Positions 12,801-24,800 of a stretch of DNA of 64,000 bases are shown here, in pieces. The stretch's first letter is position 1. The number at the start of each line of letters is the position of its first letter. The translations under genes and the position numbers were made by a program. Below the pieces are notes generated by a model that had not been told where the DNA came from, did no database searches, and was given only the letters and a program-made list of their open reading frames with translations. This DNA is from Ophelia neglecta (lineage: Eukaryota): the NCBI GenBank assembly GCA_965285935.1, contig OZ260666.1, forward strand, positions 40,734,001 through 40,798,000, in the 5' to 3' direction.

Positions 12801-15800
12801 ATAGCAAATTAATCCTATCAGTTCAAACGGGAAGCAGGAAAGCAAGTCAATCAGGAAGTTGGTGCGCAAATACTGTTTGGCAGTAAACAATGGGTGGGTC
12901 ACCAGCACTCGGTTAGAATTGTAATATGCCACGTGGAGACGGACATATCTGGAACAGAGAGGCATAAACTAGTCTTAATGCAAGTTCAATTATTAGTCAT
13001 GGGCTTCCGCTGGATGTTATGCATAAAATAAAAAACATTCTCTATAATTTCTGCATAAATAGAAGTGTTTATTACGATATAAAGTTATTGAACATAAAGA
13101 TTTGCTACTAACAGCCTTATGTAAAGAATGATATCTAAGCCATAGTGGAAAACCCAGAGGAATATACTCTTGTGGAGGAAGGCGGCCTGCAGAGGGACGG
13201 TGAATGCTTGGACCAGGCCTATCACAACCATTATAGTGGTCCAACTCTTTAGAAATGGACCATCAGGTAAAAAAGCTTTCCTGTTCGAAAAAGGTGGAAT
13301 ACATATATGAATTTTATATATGTGTGCTGTATTTGCAATCCAACAGTTACATGATTATACTTATTTTAAGTTCATTCCAACTTACATGAGTTTTAAAAAT
13401 ACATCGATAAACAAAATATTATATTACTTACTTCATAAGTAACGTTGAGAGAAGTCTGACGAATGTCGTCTGCTTACTGACCGGCTCGGCGTAATCCTGG
13501 TCTGTACTTTTGAACTTCTGAATGCTCGGCTTGGTAGACTTCTTTTCTAAGTGCTGCACGTGAGAACTTGAGAATCCCATCAAATCAGTGCCAGTATTAA
13601 CCACTGAAATTATTGTGTACAGTGTAAAAATTGGTTATTTCGTTCAACATTTAATTCCGCCAGACCTTCTCGGCACTTACTACTACGGAATTTAAAGATG
13701 CGCAGAATTACCTGGCTGTACTAGGATACTACTTCAATAATATGATTAGACTCGGAAGATTCAGAATGAGATATATGATAACTGACTGGATTTGAATGAA
13801 CCCTCGGTGACATTTTTCCCGTCTGCCTCGGCAGCTTCCCCCCTCTGCCGAGCGATTTTCTCCGCCAGTTTATTACGGGTCAGCTGCTGTAGATCGCTCA
13901 ATAGAGATCGCTGTTTGGTCACTGTCATATAATCGCTGAAATTGTAAACACAAAAGAAATGTCATTTATCCTTGTTTCCATTCATCAAAAACACACCAGT
14001 GCCTAGTCTTATATAGCGTGTAGTTTCGATAGGTTAACTTGTTCGAAAATACAAATTGAAAAAAGAAGTTATAAACACACAACATACGTTTTTTTGAAAA
14101 CGATATATCTAAACAATAATTGATTACTTCATAAATTAATCACATTGAATTGATTTATAGCCGTTTAACTAAGACCTACGTTTCAAGAAGCGGGAAATCT
14201 TTGAGTGCAGTTTTGACGTCTGACATTTTTAATTCCACCACCTCACAGTGGGTCTTTGCTCGGACTGTGGCTGTTCTGTAGTCTCCAAACAGCATGCCGA
14301 TTTCACCGAAATACTGACCCGGTCCCAATACAGCTAATATCACCGACAGGTCGGGGCTGAGGATCTGTTTAAAGTTTTTTGATAAATTAATTAATGATCA
14401 ACACAATTAACAGGATTTTAAAAAATGTTTGTGAAGTCTATCAAAGTCATTTAGATATTGGATTTATGATTTATTCATTATCAATTTGCTCTCAGAATCC
14501 AGATAATATTAAAAGTTATTGTTTAGTCAAAGGACGAATGTAGGAATGTTCACCTCACAGAGGCCTCGTCTGACAATATACATCTCCCGTCCGATGTCGC
14601 CAGAGTAGACAATGGTGTCTTTGGGACTGAACATGTACAGCGTGGTGAGGAGGCTTAGAGTGCGAAGGAAAGAGTCGTCTGTCTCCCGGAATAATGGAAT
14701 CTAGGACAAAGTGTAAACCGCTCAATGATTTGTCTGTTAATAAAATATACCAAATTAGTAATATAAGCGCCTCGATGTGGTCATTAAAAAGTTCAACCAT
14801 TTAAAGTAATGTACGTCTGGAAACCTATCAGTCTAAAAAAATAATAAAAATTACATGTAAATGCAGAAATTAAAATATAATCAGAAAGAAACTTTCAGTT
14901 TGGGTCACTGCATCATCTGCGGCTCGATGTACTATGTTCCAATTAAGGGAATATAGATCTATTTAACATATAAACGAGGATTAGCTACTCTATACTGTTA
15001 CTGTGAGGTGTTTTAATCAAGTGTCCCGACGTACAAAGGGGACAGCGAAATGTACCAAATTTTGTAATGTAAAACGATTGCAAAGAATGCGTCATTAAAG
15101 TAAACGCCGTATTTTCATATCCATAACATTTCCTATTCTAATGCTCTGGCTAATAACGATGAAGGCAGAGTCTTGGGTCGAGCGTAGCTATAAAAATTAG
15201 CGTCATTTCTTGGTGCTGCCAGCAACCGTTGCAACTTTTATCCTTTTTTCCTCAGTCCCCAGTCCGGAACCAGCATCGAGGAACCGGAAACAAACCCAGT
15301 TAAAAACTTGATAGTATTTAGATCCAAATATGAATTTCCATGCAGGCTTCTTGTACATATCCCATACGCACACATGTAACAGCCTCGTTACGAAAGCCTG
15401 CACCTGTAGGGCCCATCCTCGAGCGACGGTGTATATTAATTTAATGAGTCACCAAACCTTGGCCAAAAGATCCACCACGTCCTCCATGGCGATGTCTTGT
15501 TGGAGACCTACAGGCATGTCGTTCAGAATAGGACCTTGGCCTGGCATCCACACTCCCCTGGCGGAAAAAGTCGACATTCATAAGGTAATAAAAAAAGGGA
15601 GAGCCTTGGTTCGAGCGTAGATATAAAACGCATTTAAAATTAGGTCAAGATTTAGGCCTTTATTCACGTAGAATAATTGTAACAGAAACTAATGATAGGC
15701 TTATATATTTTCATATCCCAGTTAATTCATATGATAATATGATGAAAGCAGAGCACTGGATGCAGCGTCGCTACACTAATTATTTACAAAACGATAGCGC

Positions 15801-18800
15801 CTCAGTGTGGTGCGGACAGCAACCGTTGCAACTTTTATCCTATTGTGCTATTCCCAGTCCGGAACCAGTATGTCGCAACCGGAAACACGCCCAATTGAAA
15901 TCTTGATAGTATAGATCTACAGATCAATCACTGATTTCTAGCTTTGTTTGACATGTTCCATATGCCTACATGTTACCGGAAAAGAGCCAAGCCTCGAGTT
16001 ACGCTCGATAATATATATAGGCGATGCCTACAGTTTGCGAGCGCAAGAGAAAATCACCCTTTATGTATGATAGGATATTCCCAAGGGGTCAGCAAAACAT
16101 TCTGACGTGTGACTAAAGGACCTAAACAAATCAGACGACACCCAATCATAGCCTCGTTGTGGTATGCATGTCCTTTACCCTCACAGCTCACGAGGTTTAC
16201 AATTTTCAATTTATCTGACCATGCTGAAGATCACTACTATACCCTGATTTCAAGATAAATGGTATCGAAACAACTACTAGATATTGACATATATATTTTT
16301 TGCACTCATCCTCACGGAGCTGGCCTCAGATATGCGGGATTGCAGGCGATCCTACAACGGGAGTTGCAAAATTTAAATTCGTATTCGAAAAAATGCTCTC
16401 ACAATCTTAGATGTTGTTTTTTTCCCGAAAAATAAGGTACTGCAAGGATGTATTATTTATGAAGAATTTAGTGTACACTTAGACCTATTTCGATTGTTGT
16501 TACATTGTAAGCTGCGCAACTACCTGAAAGTTGACAAATTCCTCTTCAAAAAGTACTACTACGAACACTACTACGTTCAAATACTACTACGGCGGCTACA
16601 ACTCTACCGGAAATTGACCAAGGAAAGCGAGTTGTTTCATGTACCCTGTATCTCTATAGTTTGATTTGATTTCTTTTGTACTTTTTCTTTTCGCTTACCC
16701 GTTACCTATAGAGCTCGCCCTTATGTACTATTGTATATAAGTGCGCCAGAGCTCGTGCTAGCGTCATTTCGTGGTGCGGCCAGCAATCTTTTCAACTTGT
16801 ACCCGTTTGTCCTCAGTCCCCAGTGTAGAATCAGCATAGTGCAACCGGAAACCAACCCAAAACCTGATATACAGGTCCAAAAATGATTGGCCATACAGGC
16901 CTCTTTGACATAGGACTATTCCATAAGCACACATGTTACAGTAAGAGCTACGCTCGATATTAGAGTAAAGTTTAATGTTATAAACCAGTATGAATACAAT
17001 GTGCGTGCTTTCAGTAGGGCCTTGTACATGTATAGGTATATATACTCCTAGTTGTGGAGGTATTTGTGCTTACTTATGTTTGGCCCAGAGAAGGGCCAGG
17101 TAACGGATAACTCGGTCTTGCAATTTCTGTTTCAGTTTTCTTTCCTTCATGAACTTCTTCACGGCGAATAGCTTCTCCTGGAACTTAACCCTGGCAGGGA
17201 ATTCATTATATATCTGAGTTTTTTATGAAAGTAAAGTGGATTAAGGTCAATCAATATAGCAGCTTCTAGAATTTATTTAAAACGTAATGCTCAGCCCACC
17301 TAGTTTTTATAACTCTTACGAAATTGGTAGAAATTGTTTTTTTCCTGATTGGCAGAAATATATTGTTGTACCTATATATTAAATTAAGGTTATTAGTCTA
17401 ACCTGGCTTGGTCGAGGTTGGCGAGAGTAGCTGCCATGGAAGCCAGACAGTAGCCATACAGCAGCAAGCCGAGGAGCATGGCTGAGAGGGAGAATATTCT
17501 GCCTATTCCGGTGTGGGCCGAGATGTCTCCGTAGCCGGTTGAGGTCATTGTAGCGGCAGCCCAGTAGAGGGAGACGATGTACTCACTGAAAGAGGTAGTG
17601 GGCGTCGCCGTGCCATTGCCCGGGTCCATCACCTCACCCCGGCCTATGGCCCATCCTACAATCCAGCTTTCACTCTTACATCTGTAAAACCAATCCATAT
17701 TAAAGCAGGCGAATGTACAACACAAAAATAAGGCACTGTCTGGACATTAAAAGTAGGGACCTTTTTGGGGAACAATTTGAAGTGATTACATACGATGTTC
17801 CGTAGCAGGCGGCAGTATAGAGGACGCACGACACCCAATGAGACAGGACTCCGATGTACAACACAAACTTGATACACCGAATCTTCAGGATGGACACGTC
17901 CAGAGTCTCCTCTAACTTGTCAAACAAGTTGGGCATCTAGCAAAACAAAACAGTGCAAAAGTGAATAGAATAGGCATGAGATGGTTCTAATAATTGGTTA
18001 AAGAGTTCGTTGACGCTCTAATTAGGCCTCATATGGAAAATTGTACCTGGTTCAATGGTAGCCATCAATACATGTACTAACCTTGAGAAATTTGATGAGT
18101 CTGTTGAGTCTGAAGAGGGCAAACACTCTGCTCCTCTCGTCTCCGGCGGGCCAGCCCAGGCAGCAGATCTCAAGAGGGAAGGCAGCGGCGATGTCGAAAA
18201 ACAGGAAACCACTGTGTGCATAACTGTGCAGGATATCGCTAAAACTCGTCAGGATTCCTGGCATTAAACAATATTTCAGATTTCCAATTGACCTCGTATT
18301 ATGACACCACTTTATTTGTCAACCACGAACGAATAAATTCAAAGACAGTAAACAAGGACTAACATGGCCGACCTACCATGTGGAGTGGCAATACCCGTCC
18401 TCAGCTGAACTAAGATGTCAAACAGCAGCAGAAAATCCAGAATATAAGTAATGCTGAGAACCCCCTTTCCTAGGCTGCTGTCAAAATAGCCTAACATGGA
18501 AAAAGAAGTTTAACGGTTAAGTCTCAACCATATCCATCGCCATTTTTGCAGTAACACTTTCTATGTATATTTACTCGAAAAAAAATTTACTGGCTTAATT
18601 TTCATAGTACATGACATGTATCAGTACATGACATGATACTGTGATACCTGTCTAATTAGGTACATGATAGAGATTATAATAATGGTTTAAAGTCTACCTA
18701 CCTGCCCTGTAGTCATGGGTGCCGAAGCAGGCCATGTAGGGGTAGATTATAGAGATGATAATAATGGTTTAAAGTCTACCTACCAGCCCTGTAGTCGTGA

Positions 18801-21800
18801 GCGTCGAAGCAGGCCATGTAGGTGTAGATTATAGAGATGATAATAATGGTTTAACGTCTACCTACCAGCCCTGTAGTAGTGGGCGCCGAAGCAGGCCATG
18901 TACGGGTAGATTATAGAGATGATAACAATGGTTTAAAGTCTACCTACCAGCCTTGTACTCGTGAGCGCCGAAGCAGGCCATGTAGGAGGGGTAGATTATA
19001 GAGATGATAATAATGGCTTAAAGTCTATCTACCAGCCCTGTAGTCGTGGGCGCCGAAGCAGGCAATGTAGGGACATATTATAGAGATGATAATAATGGTT
19101 TAAAGTCTACCTACCAGCCCTGTAGTCGTGAGCGCCGAAGCAGGCCATGTAGGAGGGGTAGATTATAGAGATGATAATAATGGCTTAAAGTCTATCTACC
19201 AGCCCTGTAGTCGTGGGCGCCGAAGCAGGCAATGTAGGGACATATTATAGAGATGATAATAATGGTTTAAAGTCTACCTACCAGCCCTGTAGTCGTGGGC
19301 GCCGAAGCAGGCCATGTAGGGGTAGATTATAGAGATGATAATAATGGTTTAACGTCTACCTACCAGCCCTGTAGTAGTGGGCGCCGAAGCAGGCCATGTA
19401 GGGGTAGATTAAAGAGATGATAATAATGGTTTAAAGTCTACCTACCAGCCCTGTAGTCGTGAGCGCCGAAGCAGGCCATGTAGGGGTAGATTATAGAGAT
19501 GATATTAATGGTTTAAAGTCTACCTACCAGCCCTGTTGTAGTGGGCGCCGAAGCAGGCCATGTAGGGGTAGATTATAGAGATGACAATAATGGTTTAACG
19601 TATACCTACCAGCCCTGTAGTCGTGAGCGCCGAAGCAGGCCATGTAGGGGTAGATTATAGAGATGGGCGCCGAAGCAGGCCATGTAGGGGTAGATTATAG
19701 AGATGATAATAATGGTTTAAAGTCTACCTACCAGCCCTGTAGTAGTGAGCGCCGAAGCAGGCCATGTAGGGGTAGATTATAGAGATGATAATAATGGTTT
19801 AAAGTCTACCTACCAGCCCTGTACTCGTGGGCGCCGAAGCAGGCCATGTAGGGGTAGATTATAGAGATGATAATAATGGTTTAACGTCTACCTACCAGCC
19901 CTGTAGTCGTGAGCGCCGAAGCAGGCCATGTAGGGGTAGATTATAGAGATGATAATAATGGTTTAAAGTCTACCTACCAGCCCTGTACTCGTGAGCGCCG
20001 AAGCAGGCCATGTAGGGGTAGATTATAGAGATGATAATAATGGTTTAAAGTCTACCTACCTGCCCTGTAGTCGTGAGCGCCGAAGCAAGCCATGTAGGGG
20101 TAGATTATAGAGATGATAATAATGGTTTAAAGTCTACCTACCAGCCCTGTACTCGTGAGCGCCGAAGCAGGCCATGTAGGAGGGGTAGATTATAGAGATG
20201 ATAATAATGGTTTAAAGTCTACCTACCTGCCCTGTAGTCGTGAGCGCCGAAGCAGGCCATGTAGGGGTAGATTATAGAGATGATAAGGACGATGCCGATG
20301 ATGAGACTCTGCCAGAACTTGTAAATCTGAGAATTGGGACATATGTCGGTGTCTGCTATCCATTGGGCAGCGGTCACAAAAGGTCGCGCCAATGCCTTCA
20401 AAAAAAGAAAGACACTTTTTAAAAGAATTTCCAGCGCTATCAACGATTTTGACTTGATTTCCTTGGATGGCGATTTTTAATTATTTTTCGCACCATGATA
20501 GGCTACCAGTTCAATCTAGTTTCTTTATTATATTTATACATAATAAACAAATAATATCTACAGAAAAGCTAATGAATAGTACATGTGATAATTTTTCTAG
20601 CAGTTTGCCTGTATTCAGTGTCTTGCCCGGCTGAGAAATTGGAACATTGTTGGGGATGAAACGCTGAATGGTGGGTGGCCCGACTTGCCCCGCTCTCCCC
20701 TAGGTTAAATTGAAGAAATGTGATAAGCACCATGTAGTTTAGACAGTTTGATGATGGGACTTACCTCACAGCAGTTGGTTTTCAGGATGTCCTGCGAGCG
20801 GTAGGGGCCCTCGTTATCCTCTTCACGGATCATTTCCACCGATTCGCTCATCTTGATGACATTAGAAGGTCTGTGATGATGCTCCAAACCCATCTTGGCA
20901 AACGATTTTTTCTCGCCGTGGAGGCCCATGGACATACTGGAGCCGTGGGAGGAGGTGGCAAACGAGCGGCGACGGGCGTTCTCTGGGGCATGGGACACGA
21001 ACGACTGCTTGCGAGTGTTCATCCCCTACAAAATATTTGGCCTAGTTAATAAAATGTATTAACTCATTATACTTATTAAAAACCAATTCAAGTTTATAGA
21101 TCTATATGTGGGAGTCAGTTAATTTCAGTTTGGTTAGATGTTGTTTCCTATACCTCAAAGTGCGACCCGAATTGTTCCTCATTGTGCTGTTCGGCCTCAT
21201 TACACCTGTCCCGGGCTTGTTTGTTCAGGCGAGAGGCCACTGGAGTAAAACATTTAAGAATGATTATAAATGTATCTCAGTATTATTGGTAAAAACCACG
21301 CATATTAAATTAACAAATTTGCAGCCATGCCTAGTTGAATCTAACCCCAACTGACACTACTCTTACCAATATAGCTATAGAACGCATGCTACAAAAAACC
21401 ACGTGGTCTGCCGAACGAGGTGCGCAACTGCACCAAACTAAAATTTACTTTGCTAAAGATGCAAAATTAATGATGAATGAAGCCGTGGACATACCTTCTG
21501 GGTAGTGACTCAACATAGCCCACAGATCGTGTTTTTCTAGAACCATGAGATCACAGTGAGTCCTGGCGCGGATAGTGGCAGTCCTCGGCATACTGTAGAT
21601 CAAACTCACCTACTCATACACAAAGTAAATGTGTTATCATAAAATGTACTCTTTTTCTTCCGATCAACATTAACTCTATAGTGAATGAATGGGAATTTAG
21701 GACATACGCTTTAGATCTGAAAAGCTACACCTTTCCTTTGTCTTTAACCTTCAACTTTTAATATCCAAATAATAAATAATAAATAATCGCAATATTTGGT

Positions 21801-24800
21801 TGATGAAAGGACAAAAGTTTACCTCCCCGAAGAGTTTCCCACTTTTAAGCGTGGCGATAGGTGTGTCATCATCGTGTTCTGACAAAACCTGACAAACATT
21901 TCAATTTCGTGAAACATTCTTTAATAAAATTGGACTGTCAGCAAAACATGTCATACGCTCCTTGCTTAACCGATTAAGAAGTCTGATAGAATGGTCACGT
22001 AGCCCTACTCACGTCGACTTCTCCTCGGTGGATGAAAAACATCTGGCTGCCGACGTCACCACGGCTGATAATGATCTGATTGGGCAGGTACATGTAAGGC
22101 CTTATATTCAGTGACAACATGCGAAGAAATCCTGTGTCAAGATCCTTGAATATCTGAGCCTAAAGGGGAAGAAAATATAAGAATTAAGCCTTTATGCCTG
22201 AAGCTGGTAGCTTTTATCTTGTTTCATTTGAGCAATCGTTACTTTCTTTACTGTAATTAGACCTATACTGTATGCACAAAAATAGACTAGAAATACGAGA
22301 GCTGGAGTGACATGCGAAAAAAACACCCAACACGCATGTCTATTATAATTTAGCAAATTTTCAAACGAACCACGGTCGAATTGCTAGATGGAAAGACACC
22401 GCCATTTGACTTTTTATGATGTACTTTTAGAAAGAATTAACGGAAGTGCTTATAGGGGACTGATTATTGTAATTTCTACTCTCAATGTAACAACGGTTAA
22501 AAAGTACTGGTACATATGGGCCAGGTAGCTCTTGTCTTGCGCAAATAAAGAGACCTAACATACTCGATTAATGTAGTACTCAATAATGAAACTGAGCATC
22601 TTCGTCCGATGTCATTGATGATTTTTATCGTAATATTTTTGGATTCTGCAAACACGTCATTGATAGATTTTAAAAAGAGCTACAATATTGAAATTGAATA
22701 TTAAAAAGTGCCCCAGTATGAGGGAGTGGGAACATTTGGACACATCAACAGTGGTAATTTTCTTTATAATAATATCATTAAGTGGATAACCGGGGGAAAG
22801 TTCCGGCTTTATGTGATTGGACCGCCTAGAAGCCAATCAAATTACGTTAATGACACATCTAGTGTATTTTGTGTGACTTCGAGACTTTGTCCAATAAGTT
22901 CATCTCCTAGAGGCATTCCTGAAACCCCCGCACGGATAACAATGAATATCGCCGCCCCCCCCCCCCCTCCCAACGCCCTGGGTCACACACAAACACGAGC
23001 GTGTACTCTTTGTTTTATTTTATACATTTGATCAATCAGTCTTAAAGTTGCCGTTACCTTTTCTATGATGCAGCTGTTGGTGACGTGTGAGATTTCGGCC
23101 TGGAAGGTGAGGGGTAGGTTCTGTAACATACCGGAGTCCACTACTCCTCTTTTTCGTATCCACAGGTACTCGTAATAACCCAAAGCCTGCTCTCGCAAGT
23201 CCTCAGGAATGTCATGATCTCGCTGAAAAAATACACGAGTCAATTTCAATTAAGTTTTTCTTGCTGTTACGTTTCCTATTTGGTACCTTGAGAACCAGTT
23301 TTTTCATTATAGCAACACTATATATCCTGATCGAGCTAAATTTAACGAGGAAAGAAAATGGATAGCGACAGCGTATGAAAATTGATAACCCAGTAGGCCT
23401 ATGATACTCAGGGAAGCGCCGCGGTAAATTGTTACTTTCTTAGATTTAAGAAGTGTCAGATGATCACTTCTATCATGGTCGAAATCTTCGTTTAAGAACT
23501 TATGCTTCCCCCGCTTGCTAATAGGGACGGTGTATCATATGGTATGGTCGAACTATTAAGCAGGTGGTGAGATTGTTAAAAAAAATATCCTGGATAAAGT
23601 ATCCTGGAAGTTTCCATCCTTGTTTATGCCAAACAACCTACCAGATATTCGCGAATTGTATCGAGCCGATGGACATATGCTGCCCTCTGTTGGTCGAAGT
23701 TAGTTAACATTGAAGTCATGCCTCCGAGCAACATGCCGAAAAAAGCGCCAATACCCAACAACATGGCGCCGATAGACATCCATTTCTCATTTGTGTTCAC
23801 AGCGTATATATCTCCGTACCTAGGTGGAAAATAATATCATGATTACGTTTGCTGGTAATGTTTATCAGTTTAATATGCTGGTATGTCCCCCAATGCGTAG
23901 TTTTCAATTAAATGTCTACATTTTGTCAGTAATTGTTCCCGATAAAAAGAAAATTGAGACATTTCTAGAAATCCAGGACCACACAATACAAGTAGAGTAC
24001 GTTTTTTCCCAGGATGCTACTGCTGTTACAGTTGCCCCGGGGCAGGCTAGAGTGTTTCAATTACACCTGGACTTGTGTGTTATTCAACTGACCCGGTGGA
24101 AGTGGCTGTGGCCACGGCCCAGTAGAGGGAGACCAAATAGGAATCAAGGGACGAAGCAGTGCTCAAGTCAAACCCTGAAAATATTTAGATCATTTTAAAG
24201 CTTATAAATCAATGTTGTGACAAATTTGTGATCCAGGTAAACGCATTCAATTTGGATGGAATGCTTTGCCACCTGCGTATCAACAGGAATAAAGTAAGTA
24301 GTAAGATAAGAATGATATACATTTACAAGTATGTCAATGCCAATGGGACTTTATAAGAAAATTCGGGCATTTACGAGTTTAAGTTGACAGATGGACTTTT
24401 CCGGACAACATTGTAACATCGCAGATGTACGATGTATCATATATATTGTTTAACAATTGAGTCAGACCTATTCGCCTTCGCAGATGACAGACGAACGGTC
24501 ACAGCTTAAATAACATTTTATAAGCAGCGTTATACTATACAACCATGTAATTTTGAAGAGGAAATACTTGTACTGTGATTTGAGTGTCAAGTGCATTTTG
24601 TAAACTTAATATATTTCAGTGATATAGATTTAACTTAAAATTACCGTTTTTAGTATTGAAAATTTGTGGGGCTACAACTGAGAGATTCACATCTTTGATT
24701 TATTTAAGATGTATTACAAATCTGTCTGAACGGAGCGCGGGAAAATAGGGCAATGGCGTTAAACAGGTTCAGTCTACAGGAAGCAGTTAGACGTCTGGCT

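Larger units (their letters stand above)
13787..20395 (-). other. CNGK repeat II (pore TSTGYGD, CNBD FGEIGMLFGDYRTA)
   Basis: Translation of exons 20395..13787. Confidence 0.88.

Noticed and set aside
13017-13244. ORF-track peptide MDHYNG... or an apparent frameshift in CNGK repeat III
   Set aside because: The spliced exon 13113-13280 reads in another frame (KAFLPDGPFLKSWTTIMVV...) without interruption.
18665-20286. CRISPR-like array
   Set aside because: No unique spacers and no cas genes; units are contiguous copies of a eukaryotic exon/intron junction.
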